A stretch of DNA of 64,000 nt, from contig CAYRQF010000002.1 of NCBI GenBank assembly GCA_964426385.1, positions 7,037 to 71,036 of the forward strand, read 5' to 3'. Of this stretch, positions 38,259 through 48,003 are shown one piece after another. The position numbers and the translations under genes were made by a program. Below the pieces are notes generated by a model. That model searched no databases, was not told the DNA's origin, and saw only the letters and a program-made list of their open reading frames with translations. Origin of the DNA: an uncultured Candidatus Saccharibacteria bacterium. Lineage in GTDB: Bacteria; Patescibacteriota; Minisyncoccia; Phycocordibacterales; CSBR16-119. Each line of letters begins with the position of its first letter. Position 1 is the first letter of the stretch.

Positions 38259-39191
38259 ATGAAAAAATCGCTTAAAGCCTTTGTTTTCGGCCTTTTTATC
38301 TTTGTTTTTGCCTTAGGACCACTTCAACCAGCAGTCGTTTCGGCCTATGGAGGGGTTGACGAGTGGCTTTTTAGTACGAATGATTTACGCAAGAAAGTGA
38401 ACGCTCTCGGTGCCGAGGCTGTCAAGAATCTACCTCTACCGGTTCTCATCGGTGTACCACTCAGTAGTGTCTCATCGAACTTCGGGGACATCCGCTCAGG
38501 TGGTAGGAAACACGAGGGGTTAGACATCATGGCACCGATGGGTTCACCTATCGTTTCTCCGACAGATGCCGTGGTCCTAAAAGTCGGCTATGGAGCAAGC
38601 TCCGGATACTATGTCTATACAGGGAACCCTGGTGGCGAAGTCTTCGCCTACATGCACCTCGAGAAGCCTTCGACACTCGAGGCTGGTGACGAGCTCGACG
38701 AGGGCGACCTCATCGGCTATGTCGGTAACACAGGGAACGCCAAAGGTGGCTCTCCACATCTACACTTCGAGGTTAGGAAGGATGGTCCGACTGATCCTTT
38801 CCTGCGTATCACCAAAGAGTTCAGTGTAGAACAGCGTCTGGCGTTCCTCGAGAACATCATCGACAAGGTCAAAGATACGAGCACCTCTGTTGCCAAAGCA
38901 ACGAAGACAACGACAGCAAAAGCAGACGTTACCGAAGATAACGCCATCAATCTCCCGAACACTGACCTCAAGCTCGGTGCACGAGGTGAGAGTGTTCGAG
39001 AACTCCAGGAGTTTCTGATCGAGCAGAACGTCGGCACTAGTGTGGCGAAGCTCGCCAAAGCCGGTGCGACAGGCTATTTCGGCGAGGTTACGAAGAGTGC
39101 ACTCGCAGAATATCAGGCGTCAATCGGTATCAAGCCAGCTAGCGGATACTACGGACCTATTACTAGAAAAATCATCGCGCAGAATATCTAA
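38259..39191 (+). CDS. M23 family metallopeptidase with a C-terminal peptidoglycan-binding (PG_binding_1) domain
   Basis: Signal peptide, HEGLD...D, and GNTGNAKGGSPHLHFEV. The C-terminus reads GARGESVRELQEFL...GYFGEVTKSALAEYQ. Confidence 0.85.
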   Translation: MKKSLKAFVFGLFIFVFALGPLQPAVVSAYGGVDEWLFSTNDLRKKVNALGAEAVKNLPLPVLIGVPLSSVSSNFGDIRSGGRKHEGLDIMAPMGSPIVSPTDAVVLKVGYGASSGYYVYTGNPGGEVFAYMHLEKPSTLEAGDELDEGDLIGYVGNTGNAKGGSPHLHFEVRKDGPTDPFLRITKEFSVEQRLAFLENIIDKVKDTSTSVAKATKTTTAKADVTEDNAINLPNTDLKLGARGESVRELQEFLIEQNVGTSVAKLAKAGATGYFGEVTKSALAEYQASIGIKPASGYYGPITRKIIAQNI

Positions 39192-39838
39192 TGCCGAAAC
39201 CGAAGGTTATAGTTTTTGATTTTGATGGAGTTATCATAGACTCTAACGATTTTGGTTTACGACAATTTATAAAAGTGTTCCCGAAAATAACCGCCGACGA
39301 TTACAAGAATTTGCTCCGGGGTAACTTCAGAGACGGAGTAGACAAGCTTACGCTAGAGAAAATACCAGAAACAGAAGAAGAAAAAGAAGCGAGGAGAGCG
39401 CAGGCAAATCTAGAAAAACTAAATGTTTGTTCGATGTTTCCGGGAATGGTGGAGCTAGCTCAGGAACTTCATGGGCTAGGATACACGCTCGCCATGAACA
39501 CTTCGGCGAGCACGATGAGTTGCGTTCCGATGCTCGAGAAGTGTGGACTCGGTGAATGTTTCGATTTTATGGGCACTATCGAAATAGATAGAAGCAAGGT
39601 CAAGAAATTCAATCTCATGAAAGAAAAATACGGTGTCACAGGATCAGAGATGGTCTTCGTTACAGACACGCTAGGCGATCTAGTAGAGGCGCATGAAGCA
39701 GACGTCCCAACCCTCGTCGTCATGTGGGGTATGCACGACAGGAGCTACTTTACCCGAGAGACACATGACAACCTCGTCGCCATCGTCGATACCGTCGCCG
39801 AACTAAGAGAGAAAATATTAGAAAGTGTTAAAATATAG
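39191..39838 (+). CDS. HAD-superfamily hydrolase
   Basis: VIVFDFDGVIIDS motif I. Confidence 0.75.
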   Translation: MPKPKVIVFDFDGVIIDSNDFGLRQFIKVFPKITADDYKNLLRGNFRDGVDKLTLEKIPETEEEKEARRAQANLEKLNVCSMFPGMVELAQELHGLGYTLAMNTSASTMSCVPMLEKCGLGECFDFMGTIEIDRSKVKKFNLMKEKYGVTGSEMVFVTDTLGDLVEAHEADVPTLVVMWGMHDRSYFTRETHDNLVAIVDTVAELREKILESVKI

Positions 39839-39840
39839 GG

Positions 39841-40074
39841 ATGAAACATTTTGATGGATTTCTAAGTTGGGTAGGGGTTCTGATCATCCTCGGGGCGTAT
39901 ATCCTGAATGTTTTCGGCGTTATTTGGACTCAGAGTATTATTTATCTGCTGGCCAATATCGTCGGTTCGGTTTTCATCCTCGGACACGCCTTTCACCGGC
40001 GTGACTACCAGCCAGCGATACTGAACATCATCTGGGCAGTGGTTGCACTTATTAATTTAGTTATCCTTCTATGA
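39841..40074 (+). CDS. small 2-TM membrane protein
   Basis: ORF only. Confidence 0.4.
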   Translation: MKHFDGFLSWVGVLIILGAYILNVFGVIWTQSIIYLLANIVGSVFILGHAFHRRDYQPAILNIIWAVVALINLVILL

Positions 40075-40730
40075 AACTACTTCTAACATCAAACGGACTT
40101 TCTAACGATTCTGTCGTTAGGGCCCTCTTTGATCTCGTCGGTAAAAAGCCTGAAGATACAAAAATCGTTTTTATTCCGACGGCAGCCAATTTAGAAGTTG
40201 GCGATATGGGTTGGTTTATAGATAATTTGATTGATATTCAGAAATGTGTTTTTGAAGAGATACAGATAACAGACATTTCCGCTGTCGATGAAAAGATTTG
40301 GCGTCCGAAGTTCGAGAATGCTGATATTTTGTTTTTCCAAGGAGGGAATAGCTACCACCTGATGTCTTGGATAAATAAATCAGGTCTTGTAAATATTTTG
40401 CCAGAACTCATGAAAACGAAAGTATGGGTTGGCGCAAGCGCAGGAGCTATGGTGACTAATCCTACCTTAGCCTTAACCTCCAAGGATAAAGAAATGTATT
40501 ATGAGGAGGTGTTTGGAAAAACTGGGGAAGAAGCTCTGGGGTTTGTAGATTTCTATATTAGACCACATTTTAATTCTCCAAGTTTTCCCGAAGTTAGAAA
40601 AGAATATTTAGAGGACGCAATAAAAGGGATAAATCAGAAGGTTTACGTACTCGACGATAACTCTGCTGTAAAGGTGGATGGAGATAAAGTAGAGGTTGTT
40701 TCAGAAGGCGAATGGATTGTTTTTAACTAG
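40071..40730 (+). CDS. peptidase S51 (dipeptidase E-like) / class I glutamine-amidotransferase-like protein
   Basis: FFQGGNSYHLM and GASAGAMV nucleophile motifs. Confidence 0.65.
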   Translation: MKLLLTSNGLSNDSVVRALFDLVGKKPEDTKIVFIPTAANLEVGDMGWFIDNLIDIQKCVFEEIQITDISAVDEKIWRPKFENADILFFQGGNSYHLMSWINKSGLVNILPELMKTKVWVGASAGAMVTNPTLALTSKDKEMYYEEVFGKTGEEALGFVDFYIRPHFNSPSFPEVRKEYLEDAIKGINQKVYVLDDNSAVKVDGDKVEVVSEGEWIVFN

Positions 40731-40736
40731 ATAAAT

Positions 40737-41240
40737 ATGTCAGAAGAAGTTGTTGTAGTAAATGAAAATGACGAAATAATCGGCACGATGCCGAAGGATG
40801 AGGCTCATAAAAATGGGGTACCTCATCGTATAGCTGTTACTTACGTAGAAAATACTTCTGGGCAGATTTTGGTCCAGATCAGAATGAGTGGAAGTTTGGA
40901 CCACTCGTCTGCTGGTCATGTGGAGGTTGGAGAATCTTATGAAGATGCTGCTCGCCGCGAACTTGAGGAAGAGCTCGGAATAAAAGATGTCGATCTTGCA
41001 TATATTGGGAAAGGTTCCTCTGATGAAAATTATGGACATGACGGAGGTCACAGAGTTCATTTCTTTCATGTTTTTAGGTGCAAGGCTGAACCAGGTCAAA
41101 TTCAACAAGATGAAGTAAGTGGTATTTATTGGGCTGACCCAGAAGAGGTTTTAAAAGAAATGCAGATAGAACCTAGAGAGAAAGTGTTTGCGGGAGGGTT
41201 TTTAGTTTCGTTGCCAATATATTTAGCTAGCAAGAAATAA
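40737..41240 (+). CDS. NUDIX hydrolase
   Basis: Nudix box GHVEVGESYEDAARRELEEELGI. Confidence 0.8.
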   Translation: MSEEVVVVNENDEIIGTMPKDEAHKNGVPHRIAVTYVENTSGQILVQIRMSGSLDHSSAGHVEVGESYEDAARRELEEELGIKDVDLAYIGKGSSDENYGHDGGHRVHFFHVFRCKAEPGQIQQDEVSGIYWADPEEVLKEMQIEPREKVFAGGFLVSLPIYLASKK

Positions 41241-41241
41241 T

Positions 41242-41850
41242 ATGAAAAAACAGGTTGTTGTAATTCATGGGGCCGAAGCTTTCGATACATACGAAGATTA
41301 TTTGAAGTTTCTGAAAAATATAGAAATAAAAAGTCTGGATGATATCAAAGAAAGCAGAGGCTGGAAAAGTTCTCTAGGAAATAGACTCGGGGAAGAATTT
41401 GAGGTGGTTGCACCCAGGATGCCCAATAGCTTCAATGCTAAATACGCTGAATGGAAAATCTGGTTTGATAAGATCGCCCCTCTTTTAAGTAGTGAAGTGG
41501 TCCTTGTTGGTAATTCGATGGGGAGTATTTTCTTGGTTAAATATTTGTCTGAGAATGATCTAAAGAGTGAGATTAAAAGTCTACACTTGGCTGGCACACC
41601 CTTTGATGCTGAGGGTACCAATGACACACTGGTTGATTTTGCGATTACAGCCGACTTTAGAAATCTCGAGAAGCAGGTAAGTAATATATTTTTCTATCAA
41701 AGCAAAGACGACCCAGCTGTTCCTTTTGCCAATGTTGAAAAGTATAGAAAGCTTTTGCCGAATGCTAATTACAATATCTTCGAAGACCGCGGACATTTCC
41801 GCCAAGAAGAATTCCCGGAACTGGTGGAGAATATCCGCAAATTCAGCTAG
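41242..41850 (+). CDS. alpha/beta-hydrolase-fold serine hydrolase (YdeN/RBBP9-like)
   Basis: GNSMGS nucleophile elbow. Confidence 0.6.
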   Translation: MKKQVVVIHGAEAFDTYEDYLKFLKNIEIKSLDDIKESRGWKSSLGNRLGEEFEVVAPRMPNSFNAKYAEWKIWFDKIAPLLSSEVVLVGNSMGSIFLVKYLSENDLKSEIKSLHLAGTPFDAEGTNDTLVDFAITADFRNLEKQVSNIFFYQSKDDPAVPFANVEKYRKLLPNANYNIFEDRGHFRQEEFPELVENIRKFS

Positions 41851-41859
41851 AATATACTC

Positions 41860-42879
41860 ATGAACACCAAAATCAATGCCAAATACTTCTTCTTCGGACT
41901 ACTTCTGATAGTCCTAGCCTTTACCGTAGTTTTACTACGACCTTTCCTAACACTCCTGGTACTCGGGGCATCTATATCTGTCGTACTCTATCCGTTGTAT
42001 AACTGGTTTAACAAAGAGATGAAGTGGCAAACTGGTTGGCTGTCATCGATCCTAACCGTTCTGACATTTATGATAGTGCTATGCGTCCCACTCTTTTTTA
42101 TCGGCAGTAGTATCGTCAAGCAGTCCTCTGATGTCTATAATCAGCTCTCATCTGAGGGTCAGTCCGATGTGTACGTTAGTCAGTTCAATGAAACCGCGGC
42201 TAGAATATTGCCAGCGAATATAAATTTCGACATCAGGGATACAGCAGAAAGTGTGTTCGGAGCTATCACGAAAAATGTTGCAGGGATATTCACCAAGACG
42301 CTTACAACGATACTCTATTTCCTCTTACTACTTCTAGCGATATTCTACTTCCTCAAAGACGGTCATCGCTGGAAGAAAGCCGTAATACTACTTTCACCGC
42401 TCCCTAATACAGATGATGTTAAGGTGATAGACAGACTACAGAATGCAGTTTCTGGGGTGATGAAGGGCTACCTACTAATCGCAGCGCTCCAGGGTATCCT
42501 CATGGGTGTCGGACTCGCTATATTTGGTGTACCACATGCGGCATTGTTCGGGCTCTTCGCAGGTGTGGCCTCACTAGTTCCAACCATCGGTACTGCGATA
42601 GTGGCGATACCAGTCGTGCTCTACCTGTTCGCGTCAGGTGATTCTACCGCGGCTATAGGTTTCACTATCTGGGCTACTGTTATCGTCGGCTTCGTCGACA
42701 ACCTACTGAACCCTACGCTCGTCGGGCGTCGTACGAACATCCCACCACTGTTTATCCTATTCTCAGTACTCGGTGGTATCGCACTCCTAGGTCCTGTCGG
42801 TATCCTTATAGGCCCACTCACTATCAGTCTACTTCTCGCACTGATTGCGATATATCGTGAGAGAGAAATGCATAAATAG
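41860..42879 (+). CDS. AI-2E family transporter (UPF0118/PerM)
   Basis: 8-TM architecture and a VSGVMKGYLLIAALQGILMGVGL region. Confidence 0.75.
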   Translation: MNTKINAKYFFFGLLLIVLAFTVVLLRPFLTLLVLGASISVVLYPLYNWFNKEMKWQTGWLSSILTVLTFMIVLCVPLFFIGSSIVKQSSDVYNQLSSEGQSDVYVSQFNETAARILPANINFDIRDTAESVFGAITKNVAGIFTKTLTTILYFLLLLLAIFYFLKDGHRWKKAVILLSPLPNTDDVKVIDRLQNAVSGVMKGYLLIAALQGILMGVGLAIFGVPHAALFGLFAGVASLVPTIGTAIVAIPVVLYLFASGDSTAAIGFTIWATVIVGFVDNLLNPTLVGRRTNIPPLFILFSVLGGIALLGPVGILIGPLTISLLLALIAIYREREMHK

Positions 42880-42958
42880 GTTACACGCCGTGGAAAATTT
42901 GTTAGTATGGTAATAGGGTAGAGGTCGTTATTAATAGAGTAATTTTGCAAAATAATTT

Positions 42959-43111
42959 ATGTTAGTAACAATCGCAACAATTCTTATCATCCTTTGGCTT
43001 CTCGGTATCGTTGGGGTGTATACAATCGGAAACTTGATTCACATACTCCTAGTTATCGCCGTGATAATGTTCCTCGTTCGCATCATCCGCGGAGAGAACC
43101 CAGTCAAATAG
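42959..43111 (+). CDS. small 2-TM membrane protein (50 aa), lmo0937-like; not in the ORF track
   Basis: Hand translation gives MLVTIATILIILWLLGIVGVYTIGNLIHILLVIAVIMFLVRIIRGENPVK. A terminator hairpin follows. Confidence 0.5.
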   Translation: MLVTIATILIILWLLGIVGVYTIGNLIHILLVIAVIMFLVRIIRGENPVK

Positions 43112-43141
43112 GTATTAGGTTATAGATAGTAGATTTTATAA

Positions 43142-43173
43142 AGCAGAAATCCGCCCAGAGGCGGATTTCTGCT
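43142..43173 (+). terminator. rho-independent terminator (AGCAGAAATCCGCC caga GGCGGATTTCTGCT)
   Basis: 14-bp perfect inverted repeat. Confidence 0.65.
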
Positions 43174-43184
43174 ATAATAAAGAT

Positions 43185-43445
43185 ATGGAAACATTAATGA
43201 AAGCAGACATTTTTTTCTTCGTTACGACCATCTGCGTAGTGCTCATATCAGGAGCTATTATCTACCTATTGATCCGAGCTTCGGCATTCATGACATCACT
43301 CAGGGAGCTCGCAGACAAACTCAAGGAGAAGGCTGATGATGTCGGACAAGAAGCCGAGGAGCTACTCGAGAGGATGGAGGATAGTCTCATATTTAGACTC
43401 GTGTTTGGAGGAAGGAAGAAATCTACGAGAAAGAAGAAGCGCTAG
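43185..43445 (+). CDS. small membrane protein with a basic C-terminus
   Basis: ORF with a TM helix. Confidence 0.4.
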   Translation: METLMKADIFFFVTTICVVLISGAIIYLLIRASAFMTSLRELADKLKEKADDVGQEAEELLERMEDSLIFRLVFGGRKKSTRKKKR

Positions 43446-43504
43446 AGTTTTGCTCGGGTGGGTGTATAATTAATGAGGATATTATCAGGCTTAAATATAT
43501 AACT

Positions 43505-43849
43505 ATGGCAAAAACTAACAAAAAGAGCGGAGTGGGAAAAGCCCTAGCTGTCGGAGCAGGTGTAGCAGCAGCGAGTGCTGCGGCATACATGCTCATAGGA
43601 CCTAAGGGCAAGCAGAACCGAGCCAAGGTAAAAGCATTTGCAAAAAAGGCAAAGACTGCAATAACTAAGAACAAAGAAGTTATGGCGATGGCGGCAGCGG
43701 TTACCAAAGCTGCTATGGGTGCGAAGAAGAAGGCCGGAAGCGCAGTGAAGAAGGCGAAAGTGGTGGCGAAATCAAGTATGAAGAAAGGTGTGACTGCAGC
43801 CAAGAAGGCTGTGAAGAAAGCAGTAAATAATGCAAAGAAGCGAGCATAA
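43505..43849 (+). CDS. YtxH-like Lys/Ala-rich basic protein
   Basis: ALAVGAGVAAASAAAYMLIGPKGKQNR resembles the YtxH LLAPKSGKETR motif. Confidence 0.45.
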   Translation: MAKTNKKSGVGKALAVGAGVAAASAAAYMLIGPKGKQNRAKVKAFAKKAKTAITKNKEVMAMAAAVTKAAMGAKKKAGSAVKKAKVVAKSSMKKGVTAAKKAVKKAVNNAKKRA

Positions 43850-43870
43850 TTATTAAGATAAATAAATAAT

Positions 43871-44098
43871 ATGGATCAGCAACCACAAATGAATCAGACA
43901 ACAACATCAGACAGTGGAGGAACAAACACAGTTTTGATAGTTATCGTAATCATTATCATCTTGGTCGGAGGATATTTTCTCTTCATGAGAAATGGCGTTG
44001 CACCAGCACCAGCAGATAACGGCGGAGTTAATATAGATGTTACTCTGCCAGCTAACAGTGATGAGCAGCCACCCGCAGGACAGGAAGCTGTTTACTAA
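43871..44098 (+). CDS. small single-pass membrane protein
   Basis: ORF with a TM helix. Confidence 0.35.
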   Translation: MDQQPQMNQTTTSDSGGTNTVLIVIVIIIILVGGYFLFMRNGVAPAPADNGGVNIDVTLPANSDEQPPAGQEAVY

Positions 44099-44112
44099 TC
44101 GATCGGATAAAC

Positions 44113-44138
44113 AAAAAGCCCCAGGTTGGGGCTTTTTG
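44113..44138. terminator. bidirectional terminator (AAAAAGCCCCA ggt TGGGGCTTTTT) between convergent genes
   Basis: Perfect hairpin flanked by A-runs and T-runs. Confidence 0.7.
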
Positions 44139-44150
44139 CTTTAGTATTTT

Positions 44151-44855
44151 TTAAAAACCTAACTGTTTAAAGAGAGTCTTGAGCTCGGGGCCGGCAATTT
44201 TCTTGAACTGATTTGGTTTCAGTTTACCGAGTTCTATATTCATAACGCGGATTCGTTTCAGCTTCATGACTTTGTATCCGAGTGATCCACACATTTTCCT
44301 GATTTGGCGATTTTTGCCTTCGGTTAGGATTATCTGGAATGAGTGCTTGTCGACGCGCATTATCTTTGCCTTTTTTGTCGTATAACCATCGAGCTTGATC
44401 CCGAGACCCATCTTGACCAGAAAGGAGTGCGCGATCTCCGGAGAAACACTGACGAGATACTCCTTTTCATGGTCGTTGTCTGGATTTAGCAGTTTGTCGG
44501 TTAGACGGCCATCATTGGTCATGAGGATGAGCCCCTCAGAGTCCTTGTCGAGGCGGCCGAGTGGGAAGACTCGTTCGGGGAATTTGGCCCGCTCCTCTAT
44601 ACCGGGCTCCTCAGCCGTTCCTCCCACTGACAGCACTCCTACGGGCTTGTAGTAGGCATAATACGCGTACTCAGTGGCTTTTACGCCCTTTAGCGTCACT
44701 TCGTCCTTCTCGTAGACTGTGTCTCCGAGAACGGCCTTTTTGCCGTTTATATACACCTTTCCTGCAGATATGAGCTCATCCGCTCCACGCCTAGTAGCGT
44801 AGTTCTTGTGGGCGAGGTATTTGTTTATCCTCATCGGGAAACCTGATTCACTCAT
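44151..44855 (-). CDS. RsuA/RluB-family 16S/23S rRNA pseudouridine synthase
   Basis: S4 domain and a GRLDKDSEGLILMTNDG catalytic motif. Confidence 0.85.
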   Translation of the reverse strand: MSESGFPMRINKYLAHKNYATRRGADELISAGKVYINGKKAVLGDTVYEKDEVTLKGVKATEYAYYAYYKPVGVLSVGGTAEEPGIEERAKFPERVFPLGRLDKDSEGLILMTNDGRLTDKLLNPDNDHEKEYLVSVSPEIAHSFLVKMGLGIKLDGYTTKKAKIMRVDKHSFQIILTEGKNRQIRKMCGSLGYKVMKLKRIRVMNIELGKLKPNQFKKIAGPELKTLFKQLGF

Positions 44856-46012
44856 CTGGTGCGTGTTAGTCTCGAACTAAAGAATAATACAGTGAGCATT
44901 ACACAGCCGAGAACAATAAACAAGCCTCTGTATTCGGTCATAGTTAGGACGAATGTCGCCACAAGTGGCCCCAAGATGTAGGCAACAGGGGCCGCATTTC
45001 TAAACATCGCAATCATATGCGAATCCTCGGCGTCGACTTTTCGGAAGAAATAGCTCTCTGTTCCGACCTGGACGAACGAGGCTCCGACTCGAGTGAGTGT
45101 GAGCCCTATAGTCCAGTTCAAAAAGCTTCCATCTGCGAACAGTCCGAGGGCCGCAGTCGATAGCGCGATGATAACCAGTCCGATACTCATCAGATGCTTC
45201 TCACATCTATATTTGTCAGCGAGGCGGCCGATTGGAACTTCGAGTGTGATGTAGGGGATATGCATTATGGCGAACATGGCGCCTATTTGTTGCCAGTCAA
45301 ACCCGAGAAACATATTGAGATATATCGGCGTATAGACGGCCATCCAGCTGAAGAAAAAAGACAGCATCAGACTGACGATGTAGACATTGAAAAGATTATT
45401 GCTTCGCAGGAAACGGCGTATGATTTTCGGAAATGAGATATCTTTTCTTTCCGACAGTAGATCTATTTTCTCGAGATCTCTCATGAACACTAGGAACATG
45501 ATTATGATGAACATGCCAGCCGTCAGATAGACGAGCTCAAAAGAATTATTCACCAGTATCGTTCCAGCCAGTAGTGGTCCGATCAGGAATGCTAGGTTGT
45601 ACACAGCGAGATAGATTCCGCGTGTATTGCCAGTAGAGCCCTTTTTACTAAAATGCTCAATCAGCAGATCAATGGTGAAATATATCCCTATGCCGGCGGC
45701 TAGGTAAATGACGAAAAACGCCTGGAATAGTAGAGCGTTCTCCGTGTATATCATCCCGAGTATCGAGAGGAGATATGTGCCTGCGGTCAGATGGAACACC
45801 CCTCGAATGCCGATCTTTTTCAGTATGCTCGGCAAGTAGGCGAGGAAGACTATGGTTGTTATCGATCCGAGAGAGAACAATACTCCGACAGTTTTCACGC
45901 TGACGTATGTTCCAACGAAGGAAGAGTCGATGTAGCTTGTTAGCGCGAGTGCGATAGTCAGGAGGAACCCGACCAAAAAGACCGAACGCAGTTTGTTCGC
46001 AGAAGTATTCAC
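44852..46012 (-). CDS. MFS transporter
   Basis: 12-TM protein with an overall MFS-like layout. Confidence 0.75.
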   Translation of the reverse strand: MNTSANKLRSVFLVGFLLTIALALTSYIDSSFVGTYVSVKTVGVLFSLGSITTIVFLAYLPSILKKIGIRGVFHLTAGTYLLSILGMIYTENALLFQAFFVIYLAAGIGIYFTIDLLIEHFSKKGSTGNTRGIYLAVYNLAFLIGPLLAGTILVNNSFELVYLTAGMFIIIMFLVFMRDLEKIDLLSERKDISFPKIIRRFLRSNNLFNVYIVSLMLSFFFSWMAVYTPIYLNMFLGFDWQQIGAMFAIMHIPYITLEVPIGRLADKYRCEKHLMSIGLVIIALSTAALGLFADGSFLNWTIGLTLTRVGASFVQVGTESYFFRKVDAEDSHMIAMFRNAAPVAYILGPLVATFVLTMTEYRGLFIVLGCVMLTVLFFSSRLTRTR

Positions 46013-46046
46013 TACATAATTGTAACAAATCTTTACTAGTTTTTGT

Positions 46047-47975
46047 CTAGACGCTGAGGACTACTGGGATAACTACCGGACGCTTGCCCGTGGACTGGAA
46101 CAAGAACTTGGAAATCTTTCTGTTGATGGTGTCTTTGACGTAGTCGAAGTCTATCGGATCCATACCAGCGATTGTTTCCTCCGTAGTGACTTTGATGATA
46201 GTGCGAGCTTTCTTCAGCAGTTCCTGATTTTCCTTTAGGTAGACGAATCCTCGAGAGATGAGGTCAGGGGACTTCTTTACTTTCTTGTTATGGACGTCGA
46301 CCATGATGATGATCATGAATATACCGTCCTGAGCGAGAGCTTTGCGGTCGCGGATGACGAGATGCTGGGTGTCAGAGACGGAGAGCCCGTCGATGATGAC
46401 GGCGTCAGCTGGAACCTTCTCTTTGAGCATAGTGATCTTCTGACCCGAGTCACTAATCTCGATGATGCTACCGTTGTCTGGAACGACAATGTTTTCTGGT
46501 TTAGCACCTAGAGAGACAGCGAGTTCTGCGTGCATTTTCAGTCTGTGGTGGTGTCCGTGGATAGGCATGAAGTATTTGTAGGGGATCTGCCTGTGGATCC
46601 ACTCGAGCTCAGCACGCTTGCCGTGGCCTGAGGCGTGAACGACATTGTCCATATATGTGATGACTTTCGCATTGCCACGGTAGAGATTGTCTTTGAGTTT
46701 GTCGACAGCTGATTCGTTACCAGGGATGACCGAAGATGATAGAACAACTGTGTCCATCTCCTGCATGCGGATCTGCTTGTGAGTTTTGTTGGCGATACGC
46801 ATGAGCGCGGCGAACTCTTCGCCTTGAGCGCCGGTCGCAAGTATGACTATCTTGTGTGGAGGAAGCTTGTCGATATCCTCCATGGCGACCATGTGGTCAA
46901 AGTTCGTGAGCTTGAGTTCCTTGGCGATGCCGACGTTTGTTTTCATCGAACGTCCTTCGATAGCGACATACTTGCCGTACTTTTTAGCTGAGTTGATGAA
47001 CTCGATGATGCGTTCCATCTGGGATGCGAAAGTTCCGATGATGAGTCGGCCTGGTGCTTCTTTGATTATCTTGTCGATGTTATCGATAACTTCCTGCTCT
47101 GAGTATGACCAGCCCGGATATGGGATACCCGTCGAGTCCATCGTCATCAGGAGTACTTTACGTTCCTTGAAGAACGCGTATTGCTCGAACTCTTTTGGTA
47201 GAGGGATGCCGTCACGGTTGTCGACGCGCACGTCGCCAGAGAAGACGATGTCGCCATACGGAGTTTCTAGGATGACACCAGTAGAGTCAGGGATAGAGTG
47301 AGTCTGACCATAGAAGCGGACTTTTAGATCTGCTGATAGGGGAATAGAGCCGTCTTCTTTCTCGATGACTTTTATGTCGAGCTTGAGTCCTGGGAAATCC
47401 TCGGCCTTGGCCTTGATGAGGAGTGCACCGAACTCACGTGTATATATTGGCGGATTGCCGATACGTCCGACTACGTAAGGGATACCCCCGATGTGGTCTA
47501 GGTGACCGTGAGTGATAAGCATAGCTTTGACCTTGTGTTTGTTCTCTTCGAGGTAGCGAGTGTTTGGGATCATGTAGTCGATACCTGGGTTCTCTTCATC
47601 TGCGAAGCCGATACCGGCGTCGATGACGATGATCTGTTCGTTGAACTCGATAGCTGTCATGTTACGTCCGATCTCTTCGACTCCGCCGAGAGGGATGATA
47701 CGTATGGTACCTTTTTCCAAGGCTGGGATTTTCACATTTCCATTCTTCCTGTCTACATGTGGAGCACTGGTAGAATCCTTTGGTCGGAAACTACCTTCAG
47801 GTCGCGGACTAGAGCTAGATCTGCCACGATTGCCACCGCCAAAAGGCTTCTTCCGAGGGTTGGTCGCCTGAAAGGCGTTCGGAACTGTCGTCCTGGGCGT
47901 ATCTGTTTTTTGTTCTGGTGAGACGTATGTCCGAGTCCGGTTTACGCTCCCTCCTGTGTTTGGTTTTTTTATCAT
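46047..47975 (-). CDS. rnj: ribonuclease J (beta-lactamase/beta-CASP) with an ~90-aa basic Arg/Ser/Pro-rich N-terminal extension
   Basis: HGHLDHIGG metal-binding motif, LGGVEEIGRN, and a 642-aa length. Confidence 0.9.
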   Translation of the reverse strand: MIKKPNTGGSVNRTRTYVSPEQKTDTPRTTVPNAFQATNPRKKPFGGGNRGRSSSSPRPEGSFRPKDSTSAPHVDRKNGNVKIPALEKGTIRIIPLGGVEEIGRNMTAIEFNEQIIVIDAGIGFADEENPGIDYMIPNTRYLEENKHKVKAMLITHGHLDHIGGIPYVVGRIGNPPIYTREFGALLIKAKAEDFPGLKLDIKVIEKEDGSIPLSADLKVRFYGQTHSIPDSTGVILETPYGDIVFSGDVRVDNRDGIPLPKEFEQYAFFKERKVLLMTMDSTGIPYPGWSYSEQEVIDNIDKIIKEAPGRLIIGTFASQMERIIEFINSAKKYGKYVAIEGRSMKTNVGIAKELKLTNFDHMVAMEDIDKLPPHKIVILATGAQGEEFAALMRIANKTHKQIRMQEMDTVVLSSSVIPGNESAVDKLKDNLYRGNAKVITYMDNVVHASGHGKRAELEWIHRQIPYKYFMPIHGHHHRLKMHAELAVSLGAKPENIVVPDNGSIIEISDSGQKITMLKEKVPADAVIIDGLSVSDTQHLVIRDRKALAQDGIFMIIIMVDVHNKKVKKSPDLISRGFVYLKENQELLKKARTIIKVTTEETIAGMDPIDFDYVKDTINRKISKFLFQSTGKRPVVIPVVLSV

Positions 47976-48003
47976 ATTCTTTTAATTATTAATTTTTTAT
48001 TGA

